Shown here: positions 1 through 11,632 of the stretch, piece after piece | How the letters are laid out: every line of letters starts with the position of its first letter | Numbering within the stretch: position 1 is the first letter of the stretch | Assembly: GCF_037042905.1 (NCBI RefSeq) | Contig: NC_087250.1 | Coordinates: 11,224,001 to 11,288,000, forward strand | DNA: 64,000 bases | From: Lytechinus pictus | Taxonomy: Eukaryota | Direction: 5' to 3' | Translations under genes and position numbers: made by a program | Notes under the pieces: generated by a model | The model's database searches: none | What the model was told of the DNA's origin: nothing | Seen by the model: the letters and a program-made list of their open reading frames with translations, nothing else

Positions 1-519
1 CTACAAGAAAATGATACACCACTTAAGAAATAAAAGTAAAAAAAACATTTATCTAAAATCACATCCATGCAAATTTACAACACGCAAGTCTATGCGGCGT
101 TTTAAAACGCGTTTTAAAACACGTTTTAAAACACACCGTTTAAAACGTGCCAACCCTGTCTGGATGGGATTAGATACTATTGTTGGGGTTGAAATCGTTC
201 TATCGTTGTGAAAATCTCTCTTTTTGTGTCTTCTTATGTCTACTTTAATTGGAAAACTGTACTTGTTGATTCCCCTAACATCCTTGATCATCATGCTCAT
301 TGTAAACAATATGTATGATGCATTTATGAATGAAATCAATATATTGTATAATCGCATTTCCATAAGCTTGGATATAGAAAAATAGGTTATTTATGATATT
401 TTCTAAAACAAAAGGAGATAAAAAAGAGATAATATTATTGATACCAATAAATTGATTTTGATTGTAAATTTCTATAAAGGTCAATTCATTTAACAGCTCC
501 AGTACTGCCGTATATTTTA

Positions 520-1290
520 ATATTTCTATCGAAACTAGATGCTTTCCAGAATCTTTAAAAATTGCGAAAGTCTTGTCTTTATTTAAAAAAGGAGATAAAT
601 ATTTGTCTACACACTATTGTCCAATTTCAGTTTTATCTCCTTTCTCAAAAATAATAAGAAAAAAGTAAAATAATAAACGTATGTCCTTCATAATCAAGAA
701 TAATGTATTATTTTAACATGCATGGCTCTGTTGCAATTTATTTAAAATCGCAATACAACATTTGAAAACAAAAACATTGGGCTGGGAATATTTCCGGACT
801 TGTCAAAAGCCTTTAAATTCATCAATCACAACTTCTAATGCATAACATTTATCAAAATGAAGAAGCATTTTTTGTTTTAATGGTTTAATAGTTTTTTCAG
901 TAACAGATATCAGTTTGTATCCATTTTTCATATAAATTCTTCATTACTAGAAATAAGCACATGACTGCCGAAGGTTCAATGGGATGATACAAGTTTCTTT
1001 ATATCAGGTCTGACGTATTGTCGAAATAAATCATATCCTTAATGGAAAAATACTTAGGTTTGAAGAGCGGTTTCTTGTAAACAAATCGGCTTTTAATTCT
1101 TCAAAGACAATCTACATGATATTCAAGTCAAAAGAATGAGGAGCTCTTTGACGGTATTAATAAAATTTGCTTAACTCATAAAAGCATATTACAAATTTAT
1201 ACAATCAATTCTCTTGGAATCGCTCTCGATGAAAACCGGTAATGGACTTCTCATGCTAATGTAATTCTACCAAAAATATATTGTGCTTTC
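520..1290 (+). mobile_element. Decayed LINE reverse transcriptase fragment (CR1/L2/Jockey group)
   Basis: Frameshifted remnants FPESLKIAKVLSLFKKGDK..YCPISVLSPFSKI, GIFPDLSKAF and DDTSFFIS. Confidence 0.8.
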
Positions 1291-2091
1291 GGTAAAATAT
1301 TTAACAAATTATATTATACAATTATAATGCATTAATTTTACATTTAATGCTTCTTCCAATTACTCTGTTAATCCTTTCTTATCTCTTCCCTCTGGCGAAG
1401 GAACGATATCTAACATCAATCGGCGAGCCGCCAGGCGAAAGTAAGAGCCCGCTTACGTAACGCGATAAGCCCGCTCGTAAAATCTGAGGTCAGTGATTTT
1501 TTGAAGGTCCCTGCAAGGCTCCGCCGTAAACGACGTTCTTCCACATAACTTCCCTTTGAGCTCTGTTTTTTTTTCAAAATCGAAACACGACTTGCTGTAC
1601 TTCCAACATCCATATCGCTTCGTACGGATTCCTGATGTACGTCTTTGATGTATGGTTGAACTTCTGAGATGATCCCCTTTGCATACATACCAAATACGTT
1701 ACAATCTGATTCGACCCAGCCACGGTACGTACGGAGAAAGTTTGATATTAGTCATTTGGTATGCCTGTCTTTTTTTCAGTTTGTATTGGTTTTCATAAGA
1801 TAACAGTTACAAACAATATAGGCTGACAATAAGTTAAAGACAATTTAAACACATTGACATTAACAAGCTAAATTATCTCAAATTAACTTAATAATCAGCC
1901 ACAAACATCCATCCTCACACCATACCACTCACACATACACAAACCCACACACAGACACGTATGTCTTCCCAATGTTAAAAGCTTGCATAAAGTTGAACTT
2001 TCTTCATACTTTCCTATGTTTAAAAAGAGGACCCTCATTACTGCAAAGCATGTACAAAATAAGTAAAATAATTGAACCAGGATAAATTTCC

Positions 2092-2700
2092 TTAAAACTT
2101 TATGCTCCATTTCTTGAAATGAGCACTCAACTTATTTTTTTTTTGAGCTATCTTATATTCTACATTTTGTTTTGATTTAACCATTGAGATAAAAAGTTCA
2201 AACCTCAGTTCTTTCTCCTGAAATTTACCTGAGTAAATGTAAAATTTCAAATACAAAAATAGAACATGAATAATACAAGAGTCATGTTTACTTCCCGTAT
2301 GTACACCAAACAAATAATTGAATTTTGAGAATACTAATTCCCGGGGAATGTCAGAATTAGTATATATTTCATGTATCAAATTTTCCCAGAGAGGGACTAT
2401 TTTATTACAGTTGCAAAATTAATGATCCAATGTTTCAGGTTCTTCTGAGCAAAAATAACAATTGGGGGAATCTCGTTTCCTTATTTTGAACAAAAGAGCA
2501 TTGAATCTAATAGCATTGTGAAAAATCTTAAAATAAAACAATTTTAGTTGAGCTTCTATTGTACATCTAAAGTTATCCCTGTGTATTATGGACCAGTCTA
2601 TCTCTTTAGGCTGGTGCCCAAAAAGCTCCTCCCACTTACTCTCCCTCTTAGTATTGGAAGTACAATACTTTTTTGTAGCATATCATACGCATGTTTAGGA
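2092..2700 (-). mobile_element. Decayed L1/Tx1-type LINE ORF2 C-terminus (zf-RVT region)
   Basis: The minus strand reads FRCTIEAQLKLFYFKIFHNAI...SPNCYFCSEEPETLDH*FCNC...LWE, then LKFYIY...EYKIAQKKNKLSAHFKKW (ORF 2092..2379). Confidence 0.85.
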
Positions 2701-2879
2701 TGTTTCTTTTGAATCAATAAATTATTAAAGTACACACACAAAGAAAATTCACGAAAGTGATGATTATAGACAAATTATATATGGATGGAAAGGTCTTGTA
2801 TTTTTAGACACAAATATGTCACTAAAATCTTATAGATGTCGTGGAAATGCAAGAAATGAAATTATTAGAGACCCTTCTT

Positions 2880-3320
2880 AGCCCCCCAGACCGACAATCG
2901 CGCACTAGAAAACAGTAAAGAATAATGACGTCACACAATCAACGAGCTCATCATCCCTCTGTGCATCACCTTACTGACCTGTTTAATATCTTCCGAACTT
3001 ACCGTTTTCTTCATGTAATGTGGTATCCGTCTTCTGTTTTCGACAACTTCAGACCAAAAGTGAACCAGAACTGTGTTACTTTGCCCGTTTTTAATAAATT
3101 GGGAACTGCAAAGACCGATTTTGTCGACTGGACAGGCGTCGTTGTGTTGCTCCAGTCAGTGACTGAGAGAGTGAGTGAGTCAGTTAGTGTTTAATGAAAA
3201 ACTCCAAGCTGTAGCGGGCCATTCACTACTTGCCGCTTGTGCACTGCAGGGCAGCCGATGCTGCACGTTTCGCTGTTTGATCCATCCACAAAAGGCATCA
3301 TACCTTAAAGTCAAGGTAAG
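2880..3320. promoter_or_regulatory. Candidate promoter / first-exon region
   Basis: Locally CpG-richer, non-repetitive sequence. Perfect CRE palindrome TGACGTCA at 2926-2933. Plus-strand donor caag|gtaagc at 3316 and minus-strand donor aacg|gtaagt at 3002. Confidence 0.4.
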
Positions 3321-4809
3321 CATGTTTGGAAATTGTACTTGTTCTGGCGTCTGACTGACGATGCATTCAGGTCAGATGACAGATACAGATCTAATATAAT
3401 TTTAGAATCATACATTATTTCATGCTGTACTACCATCCATGAGGCATGACTACGTAAAGTCTTCTTTTTTTATGTTTTTGCGGCAGATTTTTTCTTCAGT
3501 CAGATTTCTAAATAAACTGGCAAGGTAATGGCTTGGCTTGGTTAGACTGAAAAATCTGCCGTTTCAGAGGAATGTTTAATTAAGCTATTTTTATTCTTCT
3601 TTGAATTAGGATGTCATGAAGCCAGACAAAATTTCAGCACTGCAGTGGTACGTGGTTACCCTGATTCCTGACCGAAATTAGAGTCTGGTGTTTCTTTCAA
3701 CAATGAAGATAAATGCAGGGACCTGGGAACGATTTTTTCAGTGGGGGTGCTGAAATCTCTCCTCAAAGGTGGGGGGAGGAGGGACACAATTGAATTTTCC
3801 ATAATTACACACACACCTCTAAGGGCACCACACACACCCTCACACACACATATATATATACAGACATATATATGACAGTCACTTCTTTCTTCTTATAAAA
3901 GAACATAGATATATAATTAGATAACTCGAGCGCGAAGCGCGAGCTATTTTCTCTTTTTTTTTGGGGGGGGGGGAATTTCATGTATTTTGTTCTGAAAAAT
4001 TGTACATTTTGAGCGATGTTTGTGGTCCTGAACAAGATGTATATGTAACAAATAATAATTGCGAATGTGACCAGTGCGAGCAGATATTTTTTGTATACGC
4101 TCTGGTCTGATCGAAAGGGAAGTGTTATAAGGACAGTTTGCAGTTACCCATTAAGACGATACATATATCAACAATCAAATAATGCGAGCGCGAAGCGCGA
4201 GCTGAAAAATTTGACATTCCGACCTAAATACTGGACATTCTAAGCACTTTTCGCAATCATGAACAGGATAGGTATATAACTATACAATTGATGCGAGCGC
4301 GAAGCGCGAGCGGCAACAAAATTGAGATTTCAGACAAAAAAACGAGACATTCTAAGCACTTTTCTAATAATGAAGAGGATAGGTACATAACTATACAATT
4401 GATGCAAGCGCGAAGCGCGAGGGGAAATAGAAATGAGATTTCAGACCTAAAAACGGGACATATTAAGCACTTTTGTAATTATGAACAGGATAGGTATATA
4501 ACTATAAACAATTGATGCGAGCGCGAAGCGCGAGCGGAAATAAAAATGAGATTTCAGACCTAAAAACAAGACATCTTAAGCACTTTTCTAATCATGACTA
4601 ACAGGATAGGTATATAACTATACAATCGATGCGAGCGCAAAGCGCGAGCGGAAACAAATTTGAGATTTCAGACCTATAATTTTATTGGGACATTCTATTC
4701 ATGTTTTGTAAATCAAGAAAATGATGGGTAATTTGATATATTATTACATTAATAATGTGAGCGCGAATCGCGAGCAGAAAATTTTTGATATTCTGATCTG
4801 AAACTCCAC

Positions 4810-5630
4810 ACTGAAGGTAATATGGTTTGAACAGATAAAGATAAATCAGACGAACATAAGAATAAAGATTTGATCAAAATCCTACAAGGAATATCAAAGT
4901 TATTGTATTTTAAAGATTAGCATTATTCCGGTGAAACAGTTTTAAGCTTGTCTTCATTAATATTCAATGAGCAAACTGATGATGTCATATCCCCACTTGT
5001 TCATTTGTATTTTATTATATAAAATTAGGTTTATTTGATATTTTCCCTTCAAGAACCAAAAACAGTTGAATTGACAACTGATTTAGTCTATTAGATATTC
5101 TTTGCTGCAACTTATTTCATTATAAGGGAGACATATCATTCACACTGGTATGAAAAAATGAAACAATTTTGATTCCATGTAATAACACAAGAAACAGGAT
5201 AGTGGGGATGTGACATCTTCAACCCACATGGGCGGAAATCCCAGAGGGGACAGGGGTACGTGTCCCCCTACCAAAAATAGTAGGGGGACACAATATAAAA
5301 TGTCCCCCTACTATTTTTGGTCTTTCATTGTGAAAAATTCATCACTTCACAATCGAAATAATACCTTTTGGACTAAATGACCTTACATTTTGGGTGAAAA
5401 TTTTTTTTCTTCTTTTTTTTGCTTGTCAAATTTTCCAGGCCCTGGTCCCCCTACCTTTGGGGACAGATTTCCACACAAGTCAACCCACCTATTAAATAAT
5501 CATGACGACATGCATATCACCATTTTCATAAAATATTGCTTATCTTTAGAACTAAATAACTTAACTATATGTTATCAGACTTTCATAAAATTGTATTTGA
5601 TATAAATATTTTCAGCCCGGAGTAGCCCCA
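4810..5630 (-). mobile_element. Fragment of another non-autonomous DNA element (Kolobok-like end) interrupting hAT copy 1
   Basis: This sequence is absent from hAT copy 2. It ends ttttcagcccggagtagcccc, the reverse complement of the terminus aaaggggtactccgggct at ~13552. Boundaries are approximate. Confidence 0.55.
5227..5479. mobile_element. hAT-type MITE nested within the 3716-6461 element
   Basis: 8-bp TSD tcaaccca (5219-5226, 5480-5487). Imperfect TIRs catgggcggaaatc / gatttccacacaag. Confidence 0.82.
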
Positions 5631-6498
5631 AAACAAGCTGCGTATCTGAATAAACATGCGTGCGCGTGTTTAAAGTTAGACCTAGTATCCAGTCTGGGCA
5701 TTGTTAATACATTTTGTTATTATAAAAATCAATAATGCGAGCGCGAAGCGCGGGCAGAAAATATTTGATCTGAAAATATTCCGATCTGAAAAAGGGTGAA
5801 TTTAAACACTATTTTAAGTACTGTGTCGGAAAATTCTGAAGGGGGGGGGGTCTAAAAACGTCGTTCTTTTTCATTACATTTCTGTCATTTATCAACTTAC
5901 CACTAGATTTCCAGGAAGTGCTGCCTATGGAAAATAACACATGCAGCACCCCCAAATTTTGGTGGTGCTTCACCCCTAGCACCCCCGCTTCCCAGGGCCA
6001 TGGGGCAGGGCGAAAAAGACTGTGAAATTTGATTTCTATTGTCTGACTTGTAATTGTTAATACAAAACATGGGCGGCCGGGCGCGCGCACACTTGATTCG
6101 ACATAAAACCTGGAAGTATTTTGTCCAACCCAAAGAGATATACATCTCTATGGTCCAACCACACCCATGTCCCTCCCTGCTATCGAGTAGTGTGTAATCA
6201 CGTATCGCGCTCGACCACGTCTGTATCGGAGTGCCGAGCTTGATTGAGTCGCGTTATAGGAGGGATGTTACTGGAATATGTGAAAGACTATGTAAATGAT
6301 TTGTGATTGTCGGATGTGAGAATTATGTACATTATAACTTATATAAACAAATACAAATGGAACCTGATTTCGTGGGGGTGCTGCCTATGGAAAATAATAC
6401 ACGCAGCACCCCTAGGAAAATTTCTGGGGGTGCTTCAGCACCCCCGCTTCCCAGGTCCCTGGATAAATGCACTCTTTGTAATGACCCGGAGAGCACAG

Positions 6499-6617
6499 CT
6501 CAGGTGATGGTCGTGTAGGCTTTACTCCGCTTCACTACGCTACACCTATACCCGGATAGAGTACGTGTAGTGTAGCGGCAGTGAAGTGGAGTGGAGCTTA
6601 CACGAACATCACTTGAG
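6499..6617 (+). other. Long hairpin (38-pair basal stem plus inner stem); small MITE or structured RNA
   Basis: 6499-6536 pairs with 6580-6617: 32 Watson-Crick pairs, 5 G-U and 1 mismatch. Inner stem cgctacac/gtgtagcg. Confidence 0.8.
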
Positions 6618-6985
6618 GTAGAACACTGGTGCTCTGAGTGGAACTTTTCAGTCTAAACCTACTATTATTTGTCGTCGACCGGGAATTATATGCCACTGCA
6701 TCGACTTATTCCTGTATCAGATGATGATGATAATCTCTGCACCAAAACTAGAATATAAACTGATTAAACTCAAACTAAAAATGTCTGGAAGGCTTCCTAC
6801 TAGTGTACATACTTCCTACCGTAGCCTGTAGTATATTTATTAACCAATTTGTTCAACAATATTGTGGCTGTTGCAGACAGTATTTCTTGTAGTCCTTCTT
6901 AATCATCAACATAATAAAATTCATATATACTTTGATTTGATAATTTAGACTATTTCTCTTTTTTCTCTTTCTCTTCCACATACAG

Positions 6986-7313
6986 ATCTGCACTCTTGTT
7001 GACTCTGGTGTCTGCTTACTACTTCAATCTGGGAGATTCTGATATGGACATTTGGCCATTTTTTCTTCACTCTGCTTTCCTGGAGCTACGGTTTGCAAGT
7101 ATTGGACTGATAATGATACAACAGGAAATTTATCTTTATTGATCTTGGAAACATCAATTTAGAGCAGTTTTGGAGAGGACTACAATATTGAATTGGACAG
7201 GAATACTGCTTGTCAAAAATAAGAACACACAATTTAAAACGAAAAAACAATTATAATGTAACTAGGGCATTTTGTGAGAAATTTACTACTCAATCACATG
7301 TCCCAAATCAAGG
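6986..7313 (+). other. Candidate mostly non-coding exon of a plus-strand transcript, possibly ending in ATG TCC CAA ATC AAG G
   Basis: A long polypyrimidine tract and tacag| acceptor at 6985, and a consensus donor aagg|gtaagt at 7314. Confidence 0.5.
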
Positions 7314-7828
7314 GTAAGTCCTTTGATTAAACACAAACATTTAGTTGAATTGCACGTGCAACTCGACCTTATTACGCTTGAATTTGAATTTGAGACTTAC
7401 GCTTTGAACATAAGTTTCTTGCAATGCCCCATAGTTATATTTTGTTAGCAACTCTGTATCAGTTCTATAACATGATGATTGCTGAAAGTTAAGTGTATAT
7501 ATCGTCACAAATCCCATTTTTTTTCTCGAAAGGTATAATTTATCTGTCCTTTTAAACGATATTTGAATATGGGTACGCCTTTTATATGTTTTCCATGATA
7601 TTCATTGCATGTATGAACAAGAGTGAAATATTTATTGTGAAGCACTGTGAATGCTGTTTGCAGTTGTGTGATGGTTCATCATGTTTGTTATAAGACAGTA
7701 AGCCTGGTGGATGTAAAAAAGTGGCCTGGATGAAAGGGAATTGAACATGTGTCTAATTACTGGTTTGCATATTTTAACACAATTTTGTTTCTGGATAAAT
7801 ATCGCTATGCATTTCATGTGAAGAGTAA

Positions 7829-8082
7829 AGGAGAAGTCCACCCAACAAAAATTCATTTGAATTTAAAGAAAAATAATAAAATATTGCAGAAAATTTCATA
7901 AAAACTTTGATTCAAATTTAAATAATAAAATGCCAAAAAAATTTAAATGAATGTGATGTGACATAATCAACTCTATTTTGCATATCATTGTTTTGTGTAT
8001 ATAACTGTTTTTATTAAAAAGAACACACAAAACAGGGCAATTACTCTATTCAAATAATTTTTTGTTGATGTGGACTTGATTT
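7829..8082. mobile_element. Degenerate Kolobok-like MITE
   Basis: gtaa|aggagaagtccacccaacaaaa ... ttttgttgatgtggacttgattt|ttaa: imperfect TIRs with TTAA-like flanks. Confidence 0.6.
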
Positions 8083-8258
8083 TTAATTCATCCTCTACCC
8101 CTCCCTTCCCTGCCTAAATAAGTGTAGAATTTAATCAAGAACTTGAAAATCAAAAGCAGCAATTAAGAAGTAAGATTTAATAAATGCATGTCTGAATAGA
8201 ATCTCACATGAAAGAAAGAGAAAAAAGAGCTGGGTAGGAATATAATAATAAAAAAAAT

Positions 8259-8332
8259 CCCCGTTTCAGAGGTTCGAACCAGGGTCCCCGCACTCATCAA
8301 AACAATGGCATTACAGATTTGGCCACAGACCG
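8259..8332 (-). pseudogene. Degenerate tRNA-like segment (SINE head or tRNA pseudogene)
   Basis: The minus strand reads gtctgTGGCCAAATCTGtaa...cctGGTTCGAACCtctgaaacgggg, with A-box-like and B-box motifs at tRNA spacing. The cloverleaf does not fold cleanly. Confidence 0.5.
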
Positions 8333-9937
8333 TTTGCCTTTCATTTCAGGGTTTTGAATGATATATGAGACTAAGTCCATTCGCCGCTGTTGCCTCATAA
8401 TGCTTCGGCAATTCAACTGCAATTCCAATCATTTCGCGATGGATATTGCCGTGGTTTTTGTGGTTCCTTGACTTTGCTATGTAATGAAATTTCATAATTT
8501 TTGTTCTTTGTGAAGAAGAATGTCTATGCTTTTTATTGATTATAATATCAATGTGACGCAAGTGTGATTTCTAAGTGAAAATATGCTTTGTTTATTCACA
8601 TATATTTCTTGAATTTTTTTTATTTGTTTCTAAACTAAATATCGGTTACCAAAATATGTTAAATGCGCATTTAATTTTACTGTTCAGAAAATTCAAACTT
8701 TTTTCTATATAATAAGACCAATCTTGTGAGGAATAAACAATTCTAAGAGCAAAACACGCTGATTGGAAAGATCGTCTTCAATGGGCTGCTGTCAGCTCAG
8801 CTGCTCTTGGTGTGAAGTCACTCGGCTAGAGCTCGGCGGAGGACCGTTGAAGGCAGAAATATGCCATGAAAAAAGTCATTTTTGAGAGCTGATTTCTGCA
8901 AACTCTAATCACTATTTTAAAAAGTAATATATCTGATTAGTAATACTTCCCCTTTACAATGATGACCACAAAAGTTAATTATAAAATACTTTTGATTCTT
9001 CGGGTGTGTACTTTAACAACCTTCCTAAAATATCTTCATCTGTGTGCATAGCATCATCAAACCAGCTAAGATAGATTCCGTTCATGCCTGTCTTTCTTGC
9101 TTTATTTAAACCCATTTCTAAGCGCTCATGTCTTAAAAATTACAATGAGGGGAAAAACATACTTCAAGGTTAATTTCGATGGTAAGATTATTTGTTCGGT
9201 CTTGTATGCCTTGAATCTACGGGCATTTCTACGTCGATTGATGCATCGTCGAGTATCTTCCGGTGCCACACGTACTCCTATAAGCCTGTTCACGGTTGTA
9301 AACTGCGCACGAGCAGAAAGAGGTCATTGGAGACAACCATGAAGGTGGCTTTTAAATTCACTGACATAGGCATTTGTGATTTGATGATTATTCATGTATT
9401 CCTTTCAAAATATTTATCACATCCAAGCTGAAGAGTATTAAAATAAATAGAGCCTTCATAATCACTGGTATTTGACAGTAGCCTAAACAATAGTCAAATG
9501 TGCCAAAGGCAGACAATAAAACAGATGTCCAAACTTTATCCCTGATGTACTAGTATTCTAGTCACCTGGTCTATACAATGCCTTTTGTTCTTAGAATTTG
9601 AATACTCTACCGGTAAAGCTTACGCAACATCTACATTTGATATTGATAGTGCTTATCCTAATGAAAAATCACAAAGGTCATTGGAGAAAAGTTGATCATG
9701 AGCTAACCGTGAACTGGCTTATTTGTGTAAGTTGAAGGCGAGTGTAATGCTTGAGCTCCGAGCTAGCGCACTCAGCTCATTCACACAGTACAGGCCTCAG
9801 CTCCGGACCGTTTCGGAAAAAAACACTTGAATTAACGCATTTAACATGTTTGAAGAGATAGATCTAGACCTAACTTTCGTTGATTATGATCTGTAAATTT
9901 TATTTATACTAATATTACCCATTGGATCCGAATGAAG

Positions 9938-10495
9938 CCCGGGGGGCCACTTACATTGACGAGTGGATACCATGCGCGACCAACAAAACACGTAAAAAGG
10001 ATGTCTTTTTCAAGATAGGGCACGTTACGTACGTAACGTGATAAGGGTGTCAAAAACACAAAAATAATGAAAAAAAGGGTATCTATTTCGCTCGGAAAGT
10101 TACGTGTTTAGGGTCAAATTTGCGGGGATGATAAAACAAAATTAAAATGTTTTATAAAGGATGTCATTTTTGCCCCAACACTTTAGAGTCCGATTTGCAC
10201 GAGGTGTGGAAGGTTGGGTCGTACTAAACCAAATGATGTGTATTAAAAGGTAAAACCAACGACCGAAGGACCCCTGACAAAATATTCCTGTACTTGTTTA
10301 GGGGTTCATTTTAAGGGAATACTTTCCAAGAGTATCGCTTTGTTTCCAATACTTGTTAAGGGTAGGGTTTCACACGCCAATACGTGTTAAGGGGTGCATT
10401 TTCAGAATATGGAAAATACGTGTTTAGTGTGCTTTTTGAGACCCCATGGTCGCGCATGGTATCCACTCGTCAATGGAAGTGCCCCCCCCCCCGGG
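9938..10495. mobile_element. MITE with CCCGGG termini and a 7-bp TSD (unclassified DNA element)
   Basis: ~45-bp TIR cccggggggccacttacattgacgagtggataccatgcgcgacc / ggtcgcgcatggtatccactcgtcaatggaagtgccccccccccggg. Flanking duplication aatgaag (9931-9937, 10496-10502). Confidence 0.9.
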
Positions 10496-11477
10496 AATGA
10501 AGGCGTTTTAATTTGCATTCGATCAACTTTCTCTATCTGATTTAGGGCTGATTTACGGGCGGCCTGCGCCTGTAAGTGTGAAAGTGCCGTGACGGACCAC
10601 CCTGCTGTGAGGGGATTAGCGGTGCCGTGCATGGGGCAAAGCGTTCGAGAGAGTCAGTCCTCCTTCTGTAATAGCTCTATAATTTATCTAACTGCACAAA
10701 GACCTGGGCTAGCTGCACTCAAACACATTAAATATTTTTTAAAGCATTAAAAGCAATAAGTAACCCCTATCCCAGAACACTTTCTTGACAACTTTTCTAC
10801 GGGTTCAAAGTTCTTAAAATGTGTACATTTACAATTTATACAATTTACAAATGGCTATTTTATGTTTATGTTTGATCACCAGTTGCCTCGTCCCATATTC
10901 AACAAATATCTTAAAATGACTGAAAATGGCCATTTATATTTAAAGACAATCTAGTCAATTTGTTTTTGTTAAACTATGAGTCTTCTAGAAAATGTGTAAA
11001 ATATGTTGGAGTTATGTTATTGAACAAAATGCCTAAATAAATAAAAAGATGTCTATCCCTTGCCTCTGTCAAAAACAGTTATGAAAATACCTTACTAACG
11101 CCAGGAAATTGCCTCATCTTCTTTCTCTTTTTCTTCGATGATTATTATGATTATATTATGGTTTCGGCAGCCCAGCCTTAGAAAGGCCATTGACCTATGC
11201 TCACTCTCCCATATTCACATTTATTCTCTCTTGTTATGTATTTCAATTTTTGTGTCGTTATTTTTATGCAGCGTTTTGAGTGTTTTGCAGTGTTTTGGTT
11301 ACCGGCAGATGATAGAATTATCATCCCTTTGGCAAATATCCGAATGCTTTGTTTTCAACAAGCAGTTTAAATACTCATAAATGGTTATTTTAATTTCCTC
11401 CATTGAATTCAATTAATCAAACATTACAATTAAACGGCCATACTGAACTGAAATTATACTCATCAGTGTCAACTTAC

Positions 11478-11498
11478 CTGATTGAACCGAAGGGACGT
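11478..11498 (-). CDS. 21-nt symmetric (phase 1/1) microexon, (D)VPSVQS
   Basis: tttatctttgtcgtag|ACGTCCCTTCGGTTCAATCAG|gtaagt: near-consensus splice sites, phase matches the preceding exon, length divisible by 3. Confidence 0.68.
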
Positions 11499-11576
11499 CT
11501 ACGACAAAGATAAACACAGATACATGTAATTGTCAAATTCTTTATCAAAATAGGCTTTTCGTGTTACACAAATAAA

Positions 11577-11592
11577 CTATATATATATATAA

Positions 11593-11626
<34 letters not shown>

Positions 11627-11632
11627 ATATAT
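11577..11632. repeat. (TA)n microsatellite
   Basis: Directly visible. Confidence 0.95.

Larger units (their letters stand above)
3716..6461 (+). mobile_element. Non-autonomous hAT-type DNA transposon (copy 1, composite)
   Basis: Perfect 14-bp TIR cagggacctgggaa / ttcccaggtccctg and perfect 8-bp TSD gataaatg (3708-3715, 6462-6469). Internal ~112-bp tandem units carry gcgagcgcgaagcgcgagc. Confidence 0.92.

Noticed and set aside
1416..1688. 90-aa minus-strand ORF in GC-richer DNA
   Set aside because: No recognisable motif and no convincing splice sites linking it to the ZU5 gene.
4180..4780. CRISPR-like palindromic repeats
   Set aside because: The intervening sequences are copies of each other inside a TIR/TSD-bounded transposon.
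8259..8332. Functional tRNA gene
   Set aside because: A B-box is present but the acceptor and anticodon stems pair poorly.
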